Source of the DNA: a virus
Lineage: Duplodnaviria > Caudoviricetes
IMG/VR virus record: IMGVR_UViG_3300047476_002143
Span: 455 to 64,454 of that record
DNA: 64,000 nt
Reading direction: 5' to 3' (one strand)
The notes under the pieces were generated by a model. The model was not told where the DNA came from and made no database searches. It was given only the letters and a program-made list of their open reading frames with translations. This document shows positions 25,738 through 34,413 of the stretch, in pieces; the first letter of the stretch is position 1, and each line of letters opens with the position of its first letter. The translations under genes and the position numbers were made by a program.

Positions 25738-25868
25738 TATAGGTTGATTGGGGAAGGGACTATATTAAAACCTGGTGATGGGTGGGTTTATAGTTCGGAG
25801 TTGGAATCATCATAGTAATGCCAATCGTAAAAGGAGTTGTCCACGCGACCATCTTCTCCTTTCCTATA
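25738..25868 (+). ncRNA. Unassigned multi-stem RNA of about 130 nt
   Basis: TATAGG/CCTATA, GATTGG/CCAATC, ACTATA/TATAGT, AAAGGAG/CTCCTTT. Confidence 0.55.
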
Positions 25869-25871
25869 TTT

Positions 25872-25953
25872 GGGAGTATCGCCTAGCGGCAATGGCAGAA
25901 GACTGTAAATCTTCCCTCTTTTGAGTTCGTTGGTTCGAGTCCAGCTACTCCCA
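25872..25953 (+). tRNA. tRNA-Tyr(GTA)
   Basis: GAAGA-CT-GTA-AA-TCTTC, variable arm. Confidence 0.92.
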
Positions 25954-26091
25954 CAACTATTTATTTTTATGAGAAAAAAATTTAACAAATTCAAAGTCAA
26001 AATTGTTGAATGTTATCGATTCTTACAATTTATCGAAAGTAAAAGACTCGAACTCATGGAAAGAGCAACGTGGGGAAAATTCTGAAATATT

Positions 26092-26310
26092 ATGAGAAAA
26101 AAACAGAACCTATTTAAATTACTACTATTTTTTTCTTTGTACAATTTGTTATCTTGTAATATAACTAATACCAAATTTTTAGGTTCTAGTAATCTATTTA
26201 GAGAAATTACTTTCGATGGATGCGAATACTATCAAATCGAATATGGTATTGGTGAAGACAGTGTATTTAGATTAATACATAAAGAAAATTGTAAAAATCA
26301 TAGTAGATGA
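26092..26310 (+). CDS. Putative small lipoprotein
   Basis: LLSC lipobox; DGCEY...HK.NC.NH pattern. Confidence 0.6.
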   Translation: MRKKQNLFKLLLFFSLYNLLSCNITNTKFLGSSNLFREITFDGCEYYQIEYGIGEDSVFRLIHKENCKNHSR

Positions 26311-26344
26311 ATGAAATCCGGCAATACAAATAAGTTCATAATAT

Positions 26345-26419
26345 GACCTTGTAGTATAACGGATAGTATGTCTCACTTCGAATGAGCGGGTTTAGGTTCG
26401 ACTCCTAATGAGGTCACCA
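26345..26419 (+). tRNA. tRNA-Arg(TCG)
   Basis: CTCA-CT-TCG-AA-TGAG, encoded CCA. Confidence 0.88.
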
Positions 26420-26489
26420 AAGTTTTTTCAAATCAAAATATGATATTTGACTCAGAATTTTTTTTAGTTTATAATTATAAATGTAATTA

Positions 26490-26560
26490 GGGTGGTTCGT
26501 TTAGCGGTAAGACAATTGACTCCGACTCAGTAAAGGTAGGTTCGATTCCTACACCATCCA
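26490..26560 (+). tRNA. tRNA-Arg(CCG)
   Basis: ATTGA-CT-CCG-AC-TCAGT, GGGTGGT/ACCATCC acceptor. Confidence 0.8.
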
Positions 26561-26589
26561 CAGAACTTATTGTTCGTAAAATGAAAACG

Positions 26590-26723
26590 TTTCTGATACT
26601 TCGTATTATGTTTTTGTAATATGACGTATATTCTTCCTTTGATGGGGGGGATACACTCTCGCTAGAGTCATTGTCGCTATGGTGGTGGCTCAGAATCACG
26701 AGTCGGAGTAACCGTATTAGAAA
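26590..26723 (+). ncRNA. Unassigned multi-branch RNA of about 135 nt
   Basis: TTTCTGATAC/GTATTAGAAA closing stem enclosing about four hairpins with G-U pairs. Confidence 0.5.
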
Positions 26724-26748
26724 TAATTTTATAATTAAAACCAGTTTT

Positions 26749-27048
26749 ATGTTATTACAAGTTGTTAAAATGTCAGATGAAGTGACGGTAAGCTCACTTC
26801 CACACCCAATTTCGATGTTTTTCTTAGGTATTTTTGCTATCACCATCATTTTCATGTGGCTCGAAGTTAATCGTTCATCTAAACGTAAGGACAAAATATG
26901 TTCTGATGTTGAAGATTTGAAAAAAGAGTACTCTCAATTTAAATCAGAAATAAATCATAAATTTTCTGAACTCTCAAAGAAAATAGATTCGAGAGTTGAT
27001 AAGGCTGTCGTCAGTTTAAAGAAACAAAGTAAACTAATCAATGAATAA
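26749..27048 (+). CDS. Membrane-anchored coiled-coil protein
   Basis: Transmembrane helix followed by a coiled coil; terminator at about 27049-27074. Confidence 0.6.
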   Translation: MLLQVVKMSDEVTVSSLPHPISMFFLGIFAITIIFMWLEVNRSSKRKDKICSDVEDLKKEYSQFKSEINHKFSELSKKIDSRVDKAVVSLKKQSKLINE

Positions 27049-27094
27049 AAAAACGCAGAGAAATCTGCGTTTTTATCAATTTGTTCTAAAAAGA

Positions 27095-27259
27095 TTATTT
27101 CTTTTTTTCAACTATTGACCACACAGTACCGAGAAGTCCTAAAACTCCACCAAGTACTTCTTGAACCATTGCATCGTCAACTATTCCTTTAACTACAAGG
27201 ATACCACCAGCGAAAGTGATTACGTGCCTAATAATACCAAAAACTTGTTCTTTAGTCAT
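27095..27259 (-). CDS. Putative holin (two transmembrane helices)
   Basis: GIIRHVITFAGG.LV.KG...WS...KK pattern of small phage holins; TATTTATA upstream. Confidence 0.7.
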   Translation of the reverse strand: MTKEQVFGIIRHVITFAGGILVVKGIVDDAMVQEVLGGVLGLLGTVWSIVEKKK

Positions 27260-27316
27260 AAATTTTCTTTTTTTGTAAGGTTTATTTATAATTATAAATA
27301 TCAATCAACTTTTTTT

Positions 27317-27697
27317 ATGATAGACAGTTGTGTCAGTTTACTAAAGGATGTCATCGACTTGGTCGTGAAAAACAAACAAATGCAAAAAGAAACTAAATTC
27401 AGGGTTGCAATACTTTTGGAAGAAATATCAAAAATATTAGAGGATACCGCAATAAAATTATCAAATAATGAGTATCCACATTTCAATTGTACATTGATGG
27501 AAAAAATGTCAGACCATCTTAATTTTTATTTGACAGATTTTATCCCTGAAAAACAATTAAACGAATTACACGACTCTTTAAAAAAAGCATCTCAAGTCGA
27601 AAAACAGTTCGCTGTTAGAGATGAACCATCAACAATTCCATCAATCTATGAGGCCGCAGCTAATTTCAAATTATTTTCTCTTTTACTTAAAGTTTAG
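27317..27697 (+). CDS. Hypothetical protein
   Basis: ORF divergent from the holin gene. Confidence 0.55.
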   Translation: MIDSCVSLLKDVIDLVVKNKQMQKETKFRVAILLEEISKILEDTAIKLSNNEYPHFNCTLMEKMSDHLNFYLTDFIPEKQLNELHDSLKKASQVEKQFAVRDEPSTIPSIYEAAANFKLFSLLLKV

Positions 27698-27711
27698 TAT
27701 CTTTGTATTAT

Positions 27712-27796
27712 GGAGGGTTGCCTGAGTGGTTAAAGGAGCGGTTTGCTAAACCGTGGTCGGGTAACTGACCCGTTGGTTCGAATCCAACACTCTCCG
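27712..27796 (+). tRNA. tRNA-Ser(GCT)
   Basis: GCGGT-TT-GCT-AA-ACCGT, long variable arm, own TATCTTTG promoter. Confidence 0.93.
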
Positions 27797-27891
27797 CAAA
27801 AAAATCATTCTAACATTTGATTTAATAGGTAATAATGACTATATTTATATTCTACTAACAAAAAAAAAGTATAAACAAACAAAAAACAATT

Positions 27892-28095
27892 ATGAAAAAA
27901 GTATTAGCAATTCTTTCAATCGCAGCATTGGCATCTTGTAATGGTAATGGAGCAACTAACATTTCTGATTCAACTAACGTTGACTCTGTTGTAGTAGTTG
28001 ACACTGTTGTCGTACCTGATACTGTACTCGAGGCCGAACCAATTTTGGATACCGTATCTTTGGGTTCAAAATCTGAAAGAGAAAATCTGAAATAG
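27892..28095 (+). CDS. Small lipoprotein
   Basis: ALASC lipobox followed by DS/DT-V repeats typical of Bacteroidota. Confidence 0.75.
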   Translation: MKKVLAILSIAALASCNGNGATNISDSTNVDSVVVVDTVVVPDTVLEAEPILDTVSLGSKSERENLK

Positions 28096-28144
28096 TTATT
28101 CAGGAATTAAGAAAAAATTAAACCCACCTAAATGGTGGGTTTTT

Positions 28145-29491
28145 TTATCCAGGTAACATAAATTTAACAACATCTCCGATGTATTCTCCTATTTTACTTC
28201 CGGACGGATTATATCTCCCTGAACCTCCAGTATTCGTATCTGTTGTTGCAGATTTAACACCTGAAAGGACTGAAGATAATAGTGAGTAAAGTGCAACTCC
28301 GCCAGCGGCTATTGCTGCCATAATCGCACCTATACTTAATTTATTTAATATTTTTTTCTTTTCTTCCTCAGTCATATTACTCAAGTCAAGTTTTTTCTTA
28401 ACATCATCTAGAATCTTTTCTGCCCTTTGACGCATTTTAGATTCTGTATCATTTGTATTCCCGTCATCACCTTCTCTTTCATCTGGTGTTGGTTCGGTAT
28501 ATGATGGAGGAGGAACTGCGGAAACAACTTGACCGCCTAAATAATTTTCTGGGTCTGCCAACTTATTGTTTTTATATAATGTGTAATGTAGATGGGGTCC
28601 ATCTGTTCGTCCCGGCATTGGGTCATTAGGTCCTCCACCCGTAAGACCTATCACATCACCTTGTTTGACGGTTTGTCCTGGTGAAACAAGGAATTTTTTT
28701 ACATGACAAAATCCTGTTCTAAAATTACCGGCATGACTTATTCTTATCCTTCCGCCACAAGGCCAAAAGTCGTCAGTCGTCAAAACAACTCCTGATAAAG
28801 GAGCAATTATTTCAGTACCAGAGTTTGCACGTAAGTCAATTCCTATGTGTTGTTTTCCCCTTCTTCTTCCCATTTTCGAAGTAACTTCTAAATCACCCCT
28901 CAAAGGTGGTCCAAAACTTTGAGTTTCTTCTTGCCCTCCTCTTTGTTCTTTAAGTCCTTCACTTGGTGACACCATTTGATTTGCTAAATAATCGCCGGTA
29001 ATACTACCTGATGGATTATATCTTCCTGAATATTTGGTATTCAATTCACCTTTACCTGAAATAATATTTTGAATAGGAGTCTTTTTGGAACAAACATATA
29101 CATAAGACCCTCTAGCAACACTACCTAACTTGTCACCAATATCTACAGATTGATTTTTAACAACAGATATTGAACTTAAATTGCCAACATACACTTGATT
29201 CTTATCACTTGTTTCTAAATAAAGATAGTTGTTACCTGTATTGGATAATTTGCCGGTTGCAATCACTTTAGCTTTGATAGGTGAACTAACATCCCCCCCG
29301 TTTTTTAGTATGTATTTGATTCCTTTAGTCCAACCACTCGGTGGTGCAACACCCGAGTCTGAACTATCAACCACAACATCTTCGTCACCAAATATACTTG
29401 TAACTTTTGTTTTTTCTTGTTCTCTGATAATTTGTTTATTAGAGAGAATTGAGTCATATATTTTATATATTTCAGATATTTCTTTACTCAT
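28145..29491 (-). CDS. M23 family peptidoglycan endopeptidase
   Basis: HIGIDLRA, HVK...GQTVKQG..IG.TG, GPHLHY; a degenerate second M23-like domain at the N-terminus. Confidence 0.88.
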   Translation of the reverse strand: MSKEISEIYKIYDSILSNKQIIREQEKTKVTSIFGDEDVVVDSSDSGVAPPSGWTKGIKYILKNGGDVSSPIKAKVIATGKLSNTGNNYLYLETSDKNQVYVGNLSSISVVKNQSVDIGDKLGSVARGSYVYVCSKKTPIQNIISGKGELNTKYSGRYNPSGSITGDYLANQMVSPSEGLKEQRGGQEETQSFGPPLRGDLEVTSKMGRRRGKQHIGIDLRANSGTEIIAPLSGVVLTTDDFWPCGGRIRISHAGNFRTGFCHVKKFLVSPGQTVKQGDVIGLTGGGPNDPMPGRTDGPHLHYTLYKNNKLADPENYLGGQVVSAVPPPSYTEPTPDEREGDDGNTNDTESKMRQRAEKILDDVKKKLDLSNMTEEEKKKILNKLSIGAIMAAIAAGGVALYSLLSSVLSGVKSATTDTNTGGSGRYNPSGSKIGEYIGDVVKFMLPG

Positions 29492-29527
29492 ACTTGATAA
29501 ATACCTTACTCTAACTAAAAATTGATT

Positions 29528-30052
29528 CTATTCTTCGGAAAGAAAATATACGATTCCTTTAGACCAATAATCTCCAAAGTCTAATTCCGAATTTTTGTAT
29601 TTGATTGATGTAACCAGTTCCATACCCTCTATGTCAGAAAAATGCAATTCTAACTTATTAATATCAAAAGATGTATCTTCCACTATTGTGTAAAAAAAAG
29701 TTCCTTTGATGTGGTCATTTACGTACAACTTATTTTTTTGGTAAACTTCCTTGTATGACGTTGATTCAGATATTAATTCATTGAAAGTAAGATTTTCAAC
29801 TTCATCTGAAAATACGACTTCTTCTGCTTCATTAAATACTGTAATCATAGAATGCTCAGGGTATGCACCAATATAAACCTCATCACTACCAACTAAGGAA
29901 AAGTTATCATCTATTTCCAAAATGTCAGAAATATCCTCAAATATGCAACTTCCTAAATCCAAATGTTCGAGTTTCTCTTTTTGTTCTTCCGTGATATTAT
30001 GGACATTGATTTCAGCACCTCTACCATGAAGCGAAATTGTGAACTTTGGCAT
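29528..30052 (-). CDS. Hypothetical protein
   Basis: ORF. Confidence 0.6.
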   Translation of the reverse strand: MPKFTISLHGRGAEINVHNITEEQKEKLEHLDLGSCIFEDISDILEIDDNFSLVGSDEVYIGAYPEHSMITVFNEAEEVVFSDEVENLTFNELISESTSYKEVYQKNKLYVNDHIKGTFFYTIVEDTSFDINKLELHFSDIEGMELVTSIKYKNSELDFGDYWSKGIVYFLSEE

Positions 30053-30084
30053 ATATTATGATTTAAATGAAAAATAATAAAAAA

Positions 30085-30164
30085 AGTGGTCAGGGACAAG
30101 TGGGAATAACCCTTGGAGTCGACTTCCTTTCACTGCTGCAGACAGTTACACTTGTATGACCACT
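30085..30164 (-). ncRNA. Unassigned long bulged hairpin RNA
   Basis: AGTGGTCA/TGACCACT and ACAAGTG/CACTTGT stems; downstream of tRNA-Thr. Confidence 0.45.
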
Positions 30165-30283
30165 ACACGTTAGAAACAGATAATATCACCATGTTCCCAG
30201 TCTTCTTGGGATTCTTGTGGTTTCGGGTCAAGTTCTACCTTGGTGTACAAAATCACTGACATATCAAACTAACGGATTTTATG

Positions 30284-30356
30284 AGCCTCCTGCCGGAATC
30301 GAACCAGCGACAAATTGATTACAAATCAATTGCTCTACCTGCTGAGCTAAGGAGGC
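30284..30356 (-). tRNA. tRNA-Thr(TGT)
   Basis: ATTGA-TT-TGT-AA-TCAAT on the minus strand. Confidence 0.92.
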
Positions 30357-30362
30357 TTTTTA

Positions 30363-30560
30363 TTAAGTATCTTGAAAATTTAATTTATTCATTTCCTCGA
30401 TACTTGTAAGACCATTTTTCCAATCTTTCCACTTATCGAAATCTTGCAGGTCTTGTAATGTTTTTTCGTGAACTAAAACGAAACCCTCAGGTACAACTCC
30501 TACAAATCTACGAACATTTCCCTCCCTTTCCAATACTTTTTCAATATTTATTTTTTCCAT
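30363..30560 (-). CDS. Hypothetical protein
   Basis: ORF. Confidence 0.55.
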   Translation of the reverse strand: MEKINIEKVLEREGNVRRFVGVVPEGFVLVHEKTLQDLQDFDKWKDWKNGLTSIEEMNKLNFQDT

Positions 30561-30658
30561 CTTTTTTATTTATATAGTTAGCGGTACTGTATGCAAAAAA
30601 TAGTATTACAAAAACAATAATTGATAAACTTAGTAAACCAGCACAAAGATACAATATT

Positions 30659-31198
30659 TTATTTAGTAATGTCATCGTTCAAAAATTTAATTATTTTTTC
30701 TTTGATGCCACTTTGTTTGATACCCTCATTACTTTTTGGAGTACGAACAAAATTTTTGAGTCCCCATAAATAATTTCCACTTATAGGACCATAACGCTCA
30801 GACAGGTCCATATCATCAACCGCCACCCAATTTGTAACCTCGGGATGTTCCTTTAGATACTCTAAAATTTCCAAACTTCTTGTTTCCTCTAAATCCGTAT
30901 TTCTATTAAAAAAATGACTTGTATTAGGTAATGACATTGTTGTATATGCAATCGGTGATTTTAGTATACCCCTTAATTTGTATAGTTCTTGCATCTGTTC
31001 CAAAGTTCCATGGTATTTCCAATCAGATGATATTATGATATCACAATCTGTGACTTCAATAATTTCATTTAAAACTTTGATTGCCTTCTGATTGAACCTA
31101 TCGAATATACTGTCCAAACCTTCTTTGTTTTTGAAACGGGAACCCCACTCTGTCGACAAACAGATAACACCGTCGTGGTCTAAAAATAATGATTTCAT
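30659..31198 (-). CDS. HAD phosphatase of the RNA-repair (HAD_SAK_2-like) type
   Basis: LFLDHDGVI, IIISSDWK, WVAVDDMDL. Confidence 0.8.
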   Translation of the reverse strand: MKSLFLDHDGVICLSTEWGSRFKNKEGLDSIFDRFNQKAIKVLNEIIEVTDCDIIISSDWKYHGTLEQMQELYKLRGILKSPIAYTTMSLPNTSHFFNRNTDLEETRSLEILEYLKEHPEVTNWVAVDDMDLSERYGPISGNYLWGLKNFVRTPKSNEGIKQSGIKEKIIKFLNDDITK

Positions 31199-31426
31199 TT
31201 AAAATGTTTTTCTCGGTTCAAATAATTTAATAGTACTCAGCTTAACATTCTTAACCGGCATTCTATCAATTGTAATCTGTAAATTCCAAGTTGGGAAGAT
31301 AGGATTATAATCCAAATACTGACAAGTTCCCACAAATCTTTCTCCTTTTTCATCGGTAAATTGTATTTTTTTACCCATGAATTCTTCCTGATACGCCTCA
31401 ATAACTTCTCGTGGTATTTTGTTCAT
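31199..31426 (-). CDS. Hypothetical protein
   Basis: ATG after a TATTTTTG promoter motif. Confidence 0.55.
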   Translation of the reverse strand: MNKIPREVIEAYQEEFMGKKIQFTDEKGERFVGTCQYLDYNPIFPTWNLQITIDRMPVKNVKLSTIKLFEPRKTF

Positions 31427-31503
31427 TTTACAAAAATAAGTATTTATTATTAAAAGAACAAAAGTCTTTACGGACATTAACTTTAAATCCACAAAGATGG
31501 AAG

Positions 31504-31728
31504 ATGGAGAAAAACAGGTTTACGTGGCAAAGGACGTTTCAGGACAACCTGTCACAGATATTTCTAACACTGGCACTATTCTTCAACCCATTTGGGTTCG
31601 ACGTGGTTCAATACTCTCTGATATTATGGACAGGAAGTTTATGGAGAGCCAACCTCGTTATGTACTTTATTGCGGGATTCTTTTTTGGTCTTTATTTTTA
31701 CTTTCGAAGGTTATCTAAAAAACCTTAA
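31504..31728 (+). CDS. Small membrane protein
   Basis: Hydrophobic, FFNPFGFD motif. Confidence 0.55.
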   Translation: MEKNRFTWQRTFQDNLSQIFLTLALFFNPFGFDVVQYSLILWTGSLWRANLVMYFIAGFFFGLYFYFRRLSKKP

Positions 31729-31743
31729 TTTTTTTTATAAAAT

Positions 31744-32355
31744 ATGACAATACATTTTATTTGGGTTGGGGATAATAAAATACCTGATGTTTTTAGGGAT
31801 AACATCTCAAAAGTTAAATCGGATAATTCTGAAGATAACATAATGGAGTGGGGGGACGAGTCGTTAGTTCCTATTTTAAAATCATATGACATGTATGATT
31901 TATATCAAAAATCTACAATTTTTCATAAATTACAAATTGCAAGGTATACAGTGTTAGACTTTTATGGTGGATTATATACAGATTATGATGTGTATTGGAA
32001 ATTACCGATTTCCCATTCAATTTTGGATAAATTAGATAAAGATTTAATCTTTATAAAAAGAAATTCACTTTTTTTCTATAAAAAGGAAACTGTAATTCGT
32101 CTATCCTTGTTAGATGATTATGTTATATATGCTAAGCCAAGTATCACTAATAATTTTTTAAAATATAGTCTCAATAGGGCATCAGAAAACAATAGACTTA
32201 AACAAGATGAAACAGAACCATTTAGTGTGTATTCATTAACGGAATGGATATATGATTCGCAATATGAAGTTGGGTATTTTTCTCATCATGAGATTTATAG
32301 TAATATAGAGTCAACAATTGCATATCACGACAATAAAAAAACTTGGCAATTCTAA
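31744..32355 (+). CDS. Glycosyltransferase, GT32/DxD family
   Basis: IHFIWVG, RY.VL..YGGLYTDYDV. Confidence 0.8.
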   Translation: MTIHFIWVGDNKIPDVFRDNISKVKSDNSEDNIMEWGDESLVPILKSYDMYDLYQKSTIFHKLQIARYTVLDFYGGLYTDYDVYWKLPISHSILDKLDKDLIFIKRNSLFFYKKETVIRLSLLDDYVIYAKPSITNNFLKYSLNRASENNRLKQDETEPFSVYSLTEWIYDSQYEVGYFSHHEIYSNIESTIAYHDNKKTWQF

Positions 32356-33860
32356 AGTGCCTTAAGGTTTCCTTCCTTGAATGCGTCGAAATTAGGTCCT
32401 TTTACAAGTAAAAATTTGTTTCCTTCTTTTTTGTATCCTAAGATACCTGAAAGTCTTGCTGAAGCAAAAAATGAAGAAAATTCACCTCTCCAATTTACAG
32501 ATGGTAAAAAATCGTTCTTACCCTTGAACGAATAATATGTTTTTCCGTTTTCTACTTTTTTATCGAGTTTACCTATGTCAGTTAAAAAGTCAAGTTTGGT
32601 TCCGACTTTACCTGCGTCTAACCAATCGGTCAATTTTTTAATATATCCTTTGTCAGCCCTTTTGAATGTGTATCCATAATGAAATCTATCAGGTCTCCAA
32701 AATTTTTTGTCACCAGCAACTAATTTTTGTAAAACAGGATTTTGTCCAACATGTGTTCTTATTTTGTCGGCAATACTTCTAGCGAAGAAAGAATGAGTCT
32801 CACTAGCATCTTCTTTTATCGGATATGTATTGTAAAATTGCTCAGTTTCTAAACCTAAATCTCTAAAATATTCAGGTGGTGGGTCGAAGTTCACCCCGTT
32901 AAATTCCACAACTGCACGATAGATGTCACCATCACCTGGTTTATATTGTACCGTTATAAATAGATAGTATTTATCAACTAAAAAATTATCATAACCATCT
33001 GACCAGTCTATCTGAACAGTTCCCTCATAATGACCTTTCATATCAGGTATTGAATCAAATCCTTCAACAACTATGAAAATGTCTTTACCTGACTCTAAGT
33101 AGTTAGGTAACGAAGAAATGGTTTTTTTGTTTGTATTGAACGCATCTCGAAGTATTGATTCCCTATCGAACTTACTTACATAAGTTGAGTAATCTTTATC
33201 GATAGCTTCCATCATTTCAGGGAACGCATAATTTAAAACTTCGATTTCCCTTCCATTCATATTATAATCAGAGGAATCCCAATAGGTTTTTCGTCCAGAA
33301 TTATTGAAATGAATTGCTATTTTAGAATAATTTGAACCTGAACTTTTTTTCTTATTGATTATATAGTATAGTTTTTGTTGACCAGTAGTGTATGTGTCAA
33401 ATCTATTATCTGCCTTTGCAGCAGTACACCATTTTGTATTTGAACCATACTTACAAGAAGCTTGTCGGGTTTTTGGAACAACTACAACAAATGTATCATC
33501 TTCATAAATTTTATCTACTTGTCCTTCTAATTCTTTTTCTTTTTCTTTTTGTACGAAAGAACTCACCGCCTTTTGTAAATCAGAGAAACTTTTATATTGA
33601 CTGATGTCTTTTTTTTCGAGCTGACTTTGATATTTGTCAAATAATTTTAGTTCGTCAATTATTGTTTCTACCCACCACGCAACATCATCTCTTTTAGGGT
33701 CAATAACTCTCAAAACAAAATCAGTATATTTGTGATTGAAATCGACAAGGTCAGAGATATTTAAAATCCAATCTAATGTTTCTTCATTAAACTTGTCGGA
33801 ATATTTTTTCTTTAAATCTTCCTTTCTACCTTCTCTCAATAAAATTGACATAAATTTCAT
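32352..33860 (-). CDS. Conserved large-phage protein (YG..TKWC motif)
   Basis: VVVPKT..ASCKYGSNTKWCTAA; TATTTAT upstream. Confidence 0.7.
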   Translation of the reverse strand: MKFMSILLREGRKEDLKKKYSDKFNEETLDWILNISDLVDFNHKYTDFVLRVIDPKRDDVAWWVETIIDELKLFDKYQSQLEKKDISQYKSFSDLQKAVSSFVQKEKEKELEGQVDKIYEDDTFVVVVPKTRQASCKYGSNTKWCTAAKADNRFDTYTTGQQKLYYIINKKKSSGSNYSKIAIHFNNSGRKTYWDSSDYNMNGREIEVLNYAFPEMMEAIDKDYSTYVSKFDRESILRDAFNTNKKTISSLPNYLESGKDIFIVVEGFDSIPDMKGHYEGTVQIDWSDGYDNFLVDKYYLFITVQYKPGDGDIYRAVVEFNGVNFDPPPEYFRDLGLETEQFYNTYPIKEDASETHSFFARSIADKIRTHVGQNPVLQKLVAGDKKFWRPDRFHYGYTFKRADKGYIKKLTDWLDAGKVGTKLDFLTDIGKLDKKVENGKTYYSFKGKNDFLPSVNWRGEFSSFFASARLSGILGYKKEGNKFLLVKGPNFDAFKEGNLKAL

Positions 33861-33922
33861 ACCTAATAAATATACAAAAGGGAGAATATAAATTCTCCCT
33901 TTTTGAGTTTCCGAAGCTCCTG

Positions 33923-33994
33923 TAGTCCCACGTGGAATCGAACCACGATAGTCTGCTTAGAAGGCAGAAATTTTATCCATTAAATTATGGGACC
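33923..33994 (-). tRNA. tRNA-Arg(TCT)
   Basis: CTGC-CT-TCT-AA-GCAG on the minus strand. Confidence 0.88.
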
Positions 33995-33996
33995 AT

Positions 33997-34344
33997 TTAT
34001 TTCATAAATAACTGAACCAAAAGTATACAAATTCCAAGTATTAAACAAATAATAGTTTTAGTTGTGAATTGTTCGTTAAAAAGAAGAACTGAAAATGTTG
34101 AAAACACCATAATTCCAATCGCAAACCCCATAAGTCTACTCGGCCAAATCTCACCATTAAACCCCTCAACTAAATAGTTAACCGATTTAATATATATCCA
34201 ATTAACAGGTATACTGGAGAGTAAAATTATCCATAGGTATTTCTCATACCAATTATATTTTATTGCCCCCTGTAACTGAAAAAATGAGCAAATTTGCCCA
34301 ATTAAACCCAATATCAATCCCAACCCCAATTTGGTTAAATTCAT
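33997..34344 (-). CDS. Small multi-pass membrane protein (DMT/SMR-like)
   Basis: About four hydrophobic helices. Confidence 0.6.
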   Translation of the reverse strand: MNLTKLGLGLILGLIGQICSFFQLQGAIKYNWYEKYLWIILLSSIPVNWIYIKSVNYLVEGFNGEIWPSRLMGFAIGIMVFSTFSVLLFNEQFTTKTIICLILGICILLVQLFMK

Positions 34345-34413
34345 GAAATAAATATAATAATTTTTTTCCAATAAAAAACCCCTCACGATAGAGGGGTTCT
34401 GGTGGACACTTTT

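Noticed and set aside
30085-30164. SRP (4.5S) or Y RNA
   Set aside because: GCAGC and GGAAG are present but not in SRP helix-8 order, and there is no Ro-binding bulged stem.
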